Source: an uncultured Candidatus Saccharibacteria bacterium (GTDB taxonomy: Bacteria; Patescibacteriota; Minisyncoccia; Phycocordibacterales; JAACPR01). From it: DNA of 38,737 bases. Position 1 is the first letter of the stretch. Every line of letters starts with the position of its first letter. This document shows, piece after piece, positions 26,299 to 33,592 of the stretch. The notes below the pieces were generated by a model. That model saw nothing but the letters and a program-made list of their open reading frames with translations. It was not told the DNA's origin and did no database searches. Location: assembly GCA_964630375.1 (NCBI GenBank), contig CAZVRT010000002.1, forward strand, positions 1-38,737. Reading direction: 5' to 3'. Made by a program: the position numbers and the translations under genes.

Positions 26299-27939
26299 TT
26301 AGTAATAACGATTGATTGCACTGAGTACGGCGTTTACAGAAGCAATTTGAATACTGCTATTCACACCAACTCCCCAACGTGTTTGTCCAGTAGCAAATTG
26401 AACAAGAACAAACGCTATGGCATCAGATTCAGAACCTGAGCTAAGTGAATGTTCAGATTGTTCAATAATATTGATAATTTCAATATTTGAGTTGCGCAAA
26501 CTTTGTACGAACGCATCAATTGGACCATTGCCTTCGCCAGAAATATTTTTAACATAATCGTTGCAAATAATCCCAGCTTCACACGAACAAACTCCATCAT
26601 GCTCAGTTGAATTAAAATATTTGAGACTGTATGGATTGGTAAGATTGACATATTCTTTCCAAAACATTTCTCTCAAATCTCTTGCGTCAACTTCTCGGTT
26701 GAGTGAATCAATTTTTTTTCCGGCGATTTGACCAAATTCTTTAATCAAATCTTTTGGCAGAAAAATGCCACACTCGCTTTCGAGAATGTATGCAATTCCA
26801 CCTTTGCCGGACTGACCATTTACACGAATGACTTCATTGTACTGACGTCCGATATCTTTGGGATCTATTACGAGATACGGCACATCCCAAAACTCTCTTT
26901 TGGCATTCAATCCTTTTCTGATTGCATCTTGATGAGAACCAGAAAAAGCTGTAAACACCAACTCTCCGCTATATGGATGTCTTTCGTAAACTCGCATTCC
27001 TGTACACTTTTCATAAACTTTACGAATCAACTCAAGATTAGAAAAATCCAATTTAGAATCAATTCCTTGAGTATACATGTTAAGTGCAACAGTAATGATA
27101 TCCAGATTTCCGGTCCGCTCCCCGTTTCCAAAAAGCGTTCCTTCAACTCTGTCGGCACCAGCAAGAATTCCAAGCTCAGTAGCCGCAACACCAGTTCCTC
27201 TGTCATTGTGAGTATGAATACTCACAACAATCAGATCACGCTTAGAAATACTTTTGCAAAACCATTCTATTTGATCTGCATAAATATTTGGCATCGCAAC
27301 CTCAACCGTACAAGGAAGATTTATTATCATCTTTTTGCTTGGTGTGGGATTCCATTCACAAATCACAGTTTCACAAATTTCCACAGCAAACTCAATTTCC
27401 GTAGCGGAAAAACTTTCTGGAGAATATTGCAAAATAATTTCAGTTTCACTCAAATTCTCAGAATGTTTTTTAATCCACCTAACTCCCTGAATAGCCAAAT
27501 CAACGACTTGAGATTTTGTCATTCCGAAAACAATTTCTCGTTGAGCAGGAGAAGTAGAATTGTACAAATGAACAATTGCTTTCTTTGCACCTGCGAGTGA
27601 TTCGACAGTTCTCATAATCAAATCTTCTCGAGCTTGGACAAGAACTTGAATTGTCACATCATCTGGAATCAAATTTTCTTCAATCAAAAATCGAACAAAA
27701 TCAAATTCAGTTTGTGACGCTGCCGGAAAACCGACTTCAATTTCTTTGAAACCGCACCTGACCAAAGTTTTGAAAAACTCAACTTTTTTATCAATGTCCA
27801 TCGGGACAGCCAATGCTTGGTTTCCATCTCGCAAATCAACACTACACCAAATTGGAGCTTTGGTAATTTGCTTATTTGGCCATTCACGATTATTCATTTG
27901 AATAACAGGAAACGACTTGTATTTGTTTTTTGGATTCAT
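26299..27939 (-). CDS. leuA: 2-isopropylmalate synthase, long (type 2, actinobacterial/yeast-like) form
   Basis: 546 aa with WCSVDLRDGNQA, the metal-site HTHNDRGTG, and a C-terminal LeuA dimer/regulatory domain. Confidence 0.92.
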   Translation of the reverse strand: MNPKNKYKSFPVIQMNNREWPNKQITKAPIWCSVDLRDGNQALAVPMDIDKKVEFFKTLVRCGFKEIEVGFPAASQTEFDFVRFLIEENLIPDDVTIQVLVQAREDLIMRTVESLAGAKKAIVHLYNSTSPAQREIVFGMTKSQVVDLAIQGVRWIKKHSENLSETEIILQYSPESFSATEIEFAVEICETVICEWNPTPSKKMIINLPCTVEVAMPNIYADQIEWFCKSISKRDLIVVSIHTHNDRGTGVAATELGILAGADRVEGTLFGNGERTGNLDIITVALNMYTQGIDSKLDFSNLELIRKVYEKCTGMRVYERHPYSGELVFTAFSGSHQDAIRKGLNAKREFWDVPYLVIDPKDIGRQYNEVIRVNGQSGKGGIAYILESECGIFLPKDLIKEFGQIAGKKIDSLNREVDARDLREMFWKEYVNLTNPYSLKYFNSTEHDGVCSCEAGIICNDYVKNISGEGNGPIDAFVQSLRNSNIEIINIIEQSEHSLSSGSESDAIAFVLVQFATGQTRWGVGVNSSIQIASVNAVLSAINRYY

Positions 27940-27966
27940 TTTTTATTTGGGTTTGAAAGAACAACT

Positions 27967-27996
27967 AAAAAACCAGCTCTTCTGGTGAAGAGCTGG
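27967..27996 (-). terminator. Leader terminator (candidate attenuator) 27 nt upstream of the leuA start
   Basis: On the minus strand: CCAGCTCTTC (27996-27987), loop ACCA, GAAGAGCTGG (27982-27973), then T6 (27972-27967). The 10-bp stem is perfect. Confidence 0.8.
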
Positions 27997-28021
27997 CTGG
28001 TACCTACCTACTTTAAATTAG

Positions 28022-28093
28022 TTAAACACAAGCAAAATCTCCACCTTTTTCAAGATTCAAGAGTGCCAGCAAATTTTGTGCTTGTGTATTCAT
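28022..28093 (-). CDS. Candidate Leu-rich leader peptide MNTQAQNLLALLNLEKGGDFACV
   Basis: 23-codon ATG ORF with five Leu among codons 8-14. It lies between the upstream gene's stop codon and the leader terminator. It is below the 60-aa cutoff of the supplied ORF track and was read by hand. Confidence 0.45.
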   Translation of the reverse strand: MNTQAQNLLALLNLEKGGDFACV

Positions 28094-28132
28094 TATTTTT
28101 TACAGATTAATAGATTTTGATATAAAGTCAAA

Positions 28133-28639
28133 TTAAAACTCAACTGTAATTGGGAAAGACATTGATGCGTCATTTTCTGGCATGTCAGATGGATTGTCTC
28201 GTTTGAAAATCAAGATTGCAGGACCAACAAAAGCAGATGGTGTTTGCATTTCAGCTGTGAAGTTTACAAAATCTTCTGTCATCCATTCTCCTTCAGCAGT
28301 TGCAATTCCTCCTCCCAAAATATTTCCATTCATTGCACGAAGTTCTATAGGAAATGATCCTTCAAAAAACCAGTATCCTCTCGCCTTTCCAATAATTGTA
28401 AATTCTTTTCCTGTTACAGCACCTGGATAAGGAAGCTCAACTTGAATCAAATCAGCTGAAGCATTTTCGTATGTTGGTTCAATAACCGGTTCTTGATTTT
28501 GATCAAAATCATTTGGTGAATTGTTTTCGTCTACAATCACATCATTTTGAACTTCATCTCGATTCGAATACATATAATATGAAGCTCCGATAACTACCAA
28601 AATTATGATAATAAATGTAACTTTTGCGTATGTTTTCAT
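28133..28639 (-). CDS. Secreted/membrane-anchored Gmad2 immunoglobulin-like domain protein
   Basis: 168 aa with an N-terminal TM/signal anchor. The C-terminal PYPGAVTGKEFTIIGKARGYWFFEGSFPIELR...GEWMTEDFVNF matches the Gmad2 Ig-like domain pattern. Confidence 0.8.
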   Translation of the reverse strand: MKTYAKVTFIIIILVVIGASYYMYSNRDEVQNDVIVDENNSPNDFDQNQEPVIEPTYENASADLIQVELPYPGAVTGKEFTIIGKARGYWFFEGSFPIELRAMNGNILGGGIATAEGEWMTEDFVNFTAEMQTPSAFVGPAILIFKRDNPSDMPENDASMSFPITVEF

Positions 28640-28662
28640 GCTCTCTATTATAGCATTACAAA

Positions 28663-29229
28663 CTAAACCTCTTGAAACTGTATTCCTGCCGGCAATTCAA
28701 ACACTGAATTATCAACATTCCAATCCACACAATTATAATCACCAATCAATTGATCATTCCAGCTATAACTTCCTCCATTATCAACAACTCCATTTGAAGC
28801 ACCAGTTTCCCCTTCTGCATCAACTTTCATTTTTCTTCCAACCGGCGACATTGAAGTCCAAGTATATGTGAAATCATCTTTAACAATCAAACTTGTTTTT
28901 AGATTCATACCTTGAACCGCAATATCAAAATCGCCACGAATTTTTCCATCACTCAAAAATACTGTTCCTGTTGTTTTTTGAGAATAACCAGAATCAAGGT
29001 ACTGATCAACTTCACATTTGTAAGAACCTTTTTGTTTTACAAACTGACTAAAAGCCATCTTCTTTGAATTCGGCTGAACATTATTTTCTTGATCTGAAAT
29101 TTCTTCAGAAACATTTTCAGTTTCAGAATTTTGATTTTGTTCCGGATTTTGCATAGATTGTAAAAGATACAAACCTCCTACAAAAATTCCAAGACAAATT
29201 AAAATTATAATTAAAGTTTTTTTCGTCAT
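28663..29229 (-). CDS. Hypothetical secreted/membrane-anchored protein
   Basis: 188 aa with an N-terminal hydrophobic anchor and a low-complexity N/Q/E linker, followed by a globular domain. No family recognised. Confidence 0.7.
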   Translation of the reverse strand: MTKKTLIIILICLGIFVGGLYLLQSMQNPEQNQNSETENVSEEISDQENNVQPNSKKMAFSQFVKQKGSYKCEVDQYLDSGYSQKTTGTVFLSDGKIRGDFDIAVQGMNLKTSLIVKDDFTYTWTSMSPVGRKMKVDAEGETGASNGVVDNGGSYSWNDQLIGDYNCVDWNVDNSVFELPAGIQFQEV

Positions 29230-29230
29230 A

Positions 29231-29782
29231 TTAGTCCATGAAAACTGTGTATGTTAACATTTTTCCATCTTCAGAAACCAAAACTAGATTTGATCCTGAA
29301 AGTGAGAATGTCATTCCATCAGCCATACCTTTTCCAAATGTGTCTTCAATTTTCATCAAATTATCTGGTGAACCACAATACATCATAGTTGAGATCATTT
29401 GTTCTGATTTCAATACTCCATTTTGTAATGTATAAGCTCCACCCATGTTGTTACAAATCTTTGCAGAAATTCTTCCATCACTAAAAGTAAGTGTGTAATT
29501 TGAACCTCTTGGAATTTCCTCTCCATCAAATGAAGTCATTCTAAAAGTTGTTCCTTCCAAATTTACATTGCTAACTACTGGTTCATTTCTATTTTCTACA
29601 ACTGTTGTGTTTGTTTCTGTTCGTGTTGTATTGTTTGTTGTTTGTGTATCTTCTTCAACAGTCTCAGTTTCTTCAGAAACTTTCGGTGTATTGACTGGAT
29701 CAGATGATTTATAAATATACGCTGCGGTTGCTAAAATAATTACGATTAAAATTAATGTGAATACTGTTTTTTTCATATTCAA
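29231..29782 (-). CDS. META domain (HslJ-like) protein with N-terminal anchor
   Basis: 183 aa. LEGTTFRMTSFDG...YTLTFSDGRISAKICNNMGGAYTL...STMMYC is the META-domain pattern. Confidence 0.85.
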   Translation of the reverse strand: MNMKKTVFTLILIVIILATAAYIYKSSDPVNTPKVSEETETVEEDTQTTNNTTRTETNTTVVENRNEPVVSNVNLEGTTFRMTSFDGEEIPRGSNYTLTFSDGRISAKICNNMGGAYTLQNGVLKSEQMISTMMYCGSPDNLMKIEDTFGKGMADGMTFSLSGSNLVLVSEDGKMLTYTVFMD

Positions 29783-29835
29783 TAATTATACACTACCAAA
29801 AGTTGAGGTTTTGAGAGTTTTGCAATTACGATTTA

Positions 29836-29872
29836 AAACAAAAAACACTTGCACGAAGCAAGTGTTTTTTGT
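29836..29872 (-). terminator. Symmetric (bidirectional-type) intrinsic terminator
   Basis: AACACTTGC (29844-29852) / GCAAGTGTT (29858-29866) is flanked by an A6 run and a T6 run. It lies downstream of the minus-strand ORF 29885..30073. Confidence 0.7.
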
Positions 29873-29884
29873 TTATAGATTTTA

Positions 29885-30073
29885 TTATCTTAAGGCTTGC
29901 GACAACAACTCACTGTGTCTGATAAGAAATAATCCAAGACCAGTTCCTACCATAAACAAGAACCAACCGATTCCTATTCCCACCGGTGAGCCCCAACTAT
30001 ACCAAGAACCCCAACTTTTCCAATGACGCAAAAACACAGGGTCTTTGCCTTTATTATCCGTAGATTCGTTCAT
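29885..30073 (-). CDS. Hypothetical small Trp/Gly-rich membrane protein
   Basis: 62-aa ORF with one clear hydrophobic helix (VGIGIGWFLFMVGTGLGLFLI), followed by a terminator. Coding status is uncertain. Confidence 0.4.
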   Translation of the reverse strand: MNESTDNKGKDPVFLRHWKSWGSWYSWGSPVGIGIGWFLFMVGTGLGLFLIRHSELLSQALR

Positions 30074-30260
30074 AAATAATTTACATTATTTTTAATCTTT
30101 TAAACAAACTATCTTTTTTATTTTCAAAATTTTCTGTTACTCCCAATAGTTAAAGGCAGAAATATACAATATATTGTACACTAATTTTCGGATTTCGGAC
30201 ACTGCTTATAAAAAACATAATTAATACATTTTGCGTCCGAAGGTACAGTTTTTTGGATTT

Positions 30261-30617
30261 TTATTTCTTTAGCCTCCACTTGTTTTTAATTTTTTTTAGA
30301 CCTATAGAAATATACTTATTACAAAAGCCACTTGCTGCCATTCCTATAAATACAGCAAATATAGAAAATGCAACAGAAGTAGCATATAAATTATCAAAAA
30401 ATTTATTAACATTATCTTCTGATGAAAATTGAACAACCACAACCATTATTATCAAACCCCAGAAAAAACTAAAGGCAGCGTATTCAAAGTCACTTTCAAT
30501 TTTCTTTCCCCTAAATTTATTGAAAGACCAAACAGCAAAAAATCCTGGCAATGTAAATAAAAGAAGGTTTATCAAGCCAAAATCAGAAACAGATTCCATA
30601 TCTTTGAATTTTATCAT
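30261..30617 (-). CDS. Hypothetical membrane protein (three hydrophobic helices)
   Basis: 118 aa with a basic C-terminal tail. No family confidently recognised. Confidence 0.6.
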   Translation of the reverse strand: MIKFKDMESVSDFGLINLLLFTLPGFFAVWSFNKFRGKKIESDFEYAAFSFFWGLIIMVVVVQFSSEDNVNKFFDNLYATSVAFSIFAVFIGMAASGFCNKYISIGLKKIKNKWRLKK

Positions 30618-30637
30618 AAAACCATATAAAAATTAGG

Positions 30638-31186
30638 TTACTCCGGCTTCCATCTCACAAAATCTGTCTTATCCAAAATCTCGTTAACCAAATTTGTTTT
30701 TCCTGCAACGTAAGTATTTTTACCAGTTGGATCATCCTGTATCAATTTTTGTTTTAATTCCTGATACTGATTTCTTTCTTCAGGATGAGTTCGCAAATAA
30801 TCTCGAAAGGCCAATTGTCTATCCCAAAAACTACCTCGACTTTTATAAGCAATAGAAAGATGAAATTGAGTTGGATTTCCTTTTCTCAAAAGATGTCTTT
30901 CTGTTGATTTGTCAGTATGAGTAGAAGAATTAAAGTTGTAATCCAAAGACTGAAGTACTGGAATAAATTTTTCCGCATTTTCATGAGTCTCAATCAAGAC
31001 CATCATATCTATAATCGGCTTTGCTGAAAGCCCTGGAATTGAAGTGCTTCCAATATGCTCAATTCCCAACAATTCATCTCCAAAAATTTCTTTTATTTTT
31101 TCTGATTCAGATTCATACATTTCTATCCATTCAGGATTGTATTCTAAAACTTGTTCATGCGATGAATCTGTGGGAGCTTTTTCCAT
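30638..31186 (-). CDS. GrpB family (UPF0157) nucleotidyltransferase-fold protein
   Basis: 182 aa. IEHIGSTSIPGLSAKPIIDMMV and FRDYLRTHPEERNQYQELK are GrpB hallmarks. Confidence 0.9.
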   Translation of the reverse strand: MEKAPTDSSHEQVLEYNPEWIEMYESESEKIKEIFGDELLGIEHIGSTSIPGLSAKPIIDMMVLIETHENAEKFIPVLQSLDYNFNSSTHTDKSTERHLLRKGNPTQFHLSIAYKSRGSFWDRQLAFRDYLRTHPEERNQYQELKQKLIQDDPTGKNTYVAGKTNLVNEILDKTDFVRWKPE

Positions 31187-31208
31187 ATATTTTATATATC
31201 ACAAATAA

Positions 31209-31571
31209 TTAACCTCTCAAAACTTTTTCCATCGATTTTCCTTTTGCAATTTCATCCACCAATTTATCCAAATAACGCACCTCTCGCATAAGCGGATCTT
31301 TTATTTCTTCGATTCGAACTCCGCAAATCACACCTGTATTTAAATTTCTTGCAGGATTAAGTTTCGGAGCATCAGCAAAGAAATCTTCCAAACTAACCTG
31401 CTTTTTTATTTGCGATTCCAATTTCTTCTGAGTGTATCCAGTCAACCAACGAATCACCTTATCAAGCTCTTCTTTTGTGCGACCTTTTCTTTCAACTTTA
31501 GTGACATAGTGCGGATAAACATCAGAGAAACTCATTTTGTAAATTCGAGAGTTTGCAGAGTTTGATTTCAT
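31209..31571 (-). CDS. DUF2200 domain protein
   Basis: 120 aa. The sequence [35 protein letters not shown] matches my recollection of DUF2200. Confidence 0.8.
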   Translation of the reverse strand: MKSNSANSRIYKMSFSDVYPHYVTKVERKGRTKEELDKVIRWLTGYTQKKLESQIKKQVSLEDFFADAPKLNPARNLNTGVICGVRIEEIKDPLMREVRYLDKLVDEIAKGKSMEKVLRG

Positions 31572-31634
31572 GGGTTTATTTTATATCAATGCAAAATCCA
31601 AATACAGCGGTGAGTGATCTGATACCTCATCTTC

Positions 31635-31808
31635 CTATTCATCCTTATCCTTCTTGATGAAATGGATCCAAGAAGTTGGGATAGTTAGAAGTAAAAGCAC
31701 AACATAAAACCAAGTATTTTCGTAACCGTTTATTGCCCAGATACCAACAAGTGCCAGGTTAGACAAAGCCAAAAGTATCATACCAATTATCCTAACTCGT
31801 TCTTTCAT
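31635..31808 (-). CDS. Hypothetical 57-aa two-helix membrane peptide
   Basis: Hand-translated ORF: MKERVRIIGMILLALSNLALVGIWAINGYENTWFYVVLLLLTIPTSWIHFIKKDKDE. It is below the track cutoff and has two hydrophobic segments. Confidence 0.4.
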   Translation of the reverse strand: MKERVRIIGMILLALSNLALVGIWAINGYENTWFYVVLLLLTIPTSWIHFIKKDKDE

Positions 31809-32039
31809 AATAATTTAATTATATCTAAAGAGTGATAAAAGTGACAGTCTCTTAAGACATAGGTATCGACATGGCTCGGGCTACGTCAATTATTCTTTTA
31901 ACAAGAGAGTCACATCTTCATAACTAGCTTTCTATGCTCTCAGTTGTTTGATCTCGTCTTGGTTCGGAACTTTCGCTACCAAGCCCCACAAGGGTTCCAA
32001 AGATATATTAGCGTACCATTTCGACCCTCCCCGGAATGA

Positions 32040-32915
32040 CTATTTTCTATTAGAACAAAACCATTCTCGAAACCTATCAAATTCCTCTTCTTGCTTTGCG
32101 TTCAAAAACTCACCATTAGGATCACGAAATGAATCATCTAAACTTAATATTTCCTTAGTTCGAACGCCTTTTATAACTTCATTTAAAAAAATATTGGTTT
32201 CATCAATAAATTCATCCATCGATTTCTTTTTCACCTCTCTTGGTATCTCTTTTGAATTTTTATCAATATGAGCAATCAGCTGATTCACAGGAGAACTAAA
32301 ATTTTTCTTCCATTTTTTAAAGAGCTCTCTATGGAGCTTTCTCAATTTTTTATCTCTTACATAAGAAACTAAGTCTGATATCTTATAAGAAGAGATATCG
32401 GTTTCAAAAAACTTTCTTAGGTCAATCAGTTGCCCTCTCACGTAATCCATCGTGTAATATGAAGAAAAGGCATTTTTGTTTACATCATCTTCAACGGCTT
32501 TACCTTTAAGATTTTTCTCGTAAAGCCTAAAAAGAGACCTCCTTCTCAAGATAACTATCATAAGTTCATGAAAAGTTTTTACGTGATCTAATACATTTAT
32601 AGATTCTTTACTATTACCATTCTTTCTTGAGACTACTTTTATCGAATTCATTAAATAACTCTTAAGAACATCGCTGAATGTATTATCCTGATTTCTGAGC
32701 TCATCCAAATTATCAAAAAGGTAGGTAAAAAGACTTCCCGCAAAAAAACTGAGGGAAGCAGAAATGATCAGAACACCAATTATCTTCCAACTAAATTCAG
32801 AAATATACAAATCGTATACTGAACTAGCAGCAAGATTAACAAAGAAACCAACCATCGCTGCCAACATGACAAACAACCAATCTTTTCTTAAATTTCTTTG
32901 CTCTTTATTGTTCAT
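32040..32915 (-). CDS. Hypothetical protein: two N-terminal TM helices plus about 200-aa helical charged cytoplasmic domain
   Basis: 291-aa ORF lying 24 nt downstream of the zinc-ribbon gene. No family recognised. Confidence 0.7.
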   Translation of the reverse strand: MNNKEQRNLRKDWLFVMLAAMVGFFVNLAASSVYDLYISEFSWKIIGVLIISASLSFFAGSLFTYLFDNLDELRNQDNTFSDVLKSYLMNSIKVVSRKNGNSKESINVLDHVKTFHELMIVILRRRSLFRLYEKNLKGKAVEDDVNKNAFSSYYTMDYVRGQLIDLRKFFETDISSYKISDLVSYVRDKKLRKLHRELFKKWKKNFSSPVNQLIAHIDKNSKEIPREVKKKSMDEFIDETNIFLNEVIKGVRTKEILSLDDSFRDPNGEFLNAKQEEEFDRFREWFCSNRK

Positions 32916-32939
32916 AAACTATAAATCTTCTAATTAGCA

Positions 32940-33467
32940 CTACTTTTTACCCCGCTTTTTAATAGAATGACTAATGCCATCTTTAAAAGTTGCTTCTACT
33001 TTTGTAAATATTTCTGTTGGATGAATATCGTTATGATCGAAGGATATTCTCTTAATTTCAGGTTCAACAAAAATCTGAGTTTTATTTTTCTTACCTTTTT
33101 CTCCAGCATATACAACAAGCCTATTACCAACTTTTGATTTTGTAAGAATCGCTTTCACAAAACACCTTTGATCCTCTGATCGAACCTGATCACTGGCAAC
33201 TGGAATTGATTCACCATCGACATTAATAATCATTGCACCCCGTAACTCCTTTGAGCGAAGTTTTCTGAGTACATATTTCTTCTCGTCGTCGATATCTCTT
33301 GGAATATCATAGAATTGATCACACTCTTCACACTTCAACAAATCATAAGTATCTGGATTGCCACCTTTTCTATTCCAAGCATCCATTTCCATCCTATGCT
33401 TCGGACAATGTGGCTGAGCATAATTTGACCATAAAACCCCATCGATTCTAAATAGTTTGTGTTCCAT
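32940..33467 (-). CDS. Hypothetical zinc-ribbon-like protein (CPKH...CEEC) with unknown C-terminal domain
   Basis: 175-aa ORF with Cys/His pairs CPKH and CEEC about 24 residues apart and a basic C-terminus. Its ATG sits exactly at the AT-rich/GC-rich composition boundary. Confidence 0.7.
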   Translation of the reverse strand: MEHKLFRIDGVLWSNYAQPHCPKHRMEMDAWNRKGGNPDTYDLLKCEECDQFYDIPRDIDDEKKYVLRKLRSKELRGAMIINVDGESIPVASDQVRSEDQRCFVKAILTKSKVGNRLVVYAGEKGKKNKTQIFVEPEIKRISFDHNDIHPTEIFTKVEATFKDGISHSIKKRGKK

Positions 33468-33472
33468 GCTGG

Positions 33473-33490
33473 CCGTCTCGGGCCAGAACC
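33473..33490. repeat. 18-nt direct repeat copy 1 (CCGTCTCGGGCCAGAACC)
   Basis: It matches 36184..36201 (CCGTCTCGGTCTAGAACC) at 16 of 18 positions. Both copies lie in the 3' flank of a giant surface-protein gene. Confidence 0.4.
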
Positions 33491-33592
33491 GTGGTCGACC
33501 TTGCCCTGCTTAACGGGTTGACTATATCTTACACGAAGCAAAAGACGGATCCCGGGGCGTACCAAAAAGTAACAGACCAAATCAGGGCTCTC

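Noticed and set aside
26728-27600. 290-aa plus-strand ORF inside leuA, and similar long antisense ORFs such as 21952..22395, 9658..10074 and 5643..5963.
   Set aside because: All are antisense to confidently identified genes and have compositionally skewed, non-protein-like translations.
27997-28020. T-box riboswitch upstream of leuA: the minus strand reads AAAGUAGGUAGGUACCAGCC, which resembles the T-box consensus AANNNGGGUGGNACCGCG.
   Set aside because: The match needs an inserted base, and I could not build the antiterminator (helix A1, 7-nt bulge, helix A2) so that it shares a strand with the observed terminator. The leader is also too short for a normal Stem I with a specifier loop. The Leu-rich mini-ORF model fits the sequence better. 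A covariance-model scan should still be run.
30165-30178. A 14-bp perfect palindrome, TACAATATATTGTA, about 90 bp upstream of the 29885..30073 ORF, considered as an operator.
   Set aside because: AT-only palindromes of this length are common by chance in roughly 30% G+C intergenic DNA. No second copy or associated regulator is visible.
33495-33565. A cluster of 6-bp restriction-type palindromes (GTCGAC, GGATCC, CCCGGG), including GGATCCCGGGGCGTACC, which is superficially similar to a pUC-type polylinker. This raised the possibility of cloning-vector contamination at the composition junction.
   Set aside because: The string differs from the pUC polylinker (GGATCCCCGGGTACC) by an indel and extra bases. 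No further vector sequence flanks it, and such palindromes are expected in GC-rich DNA. A VecScreen search would settle it.
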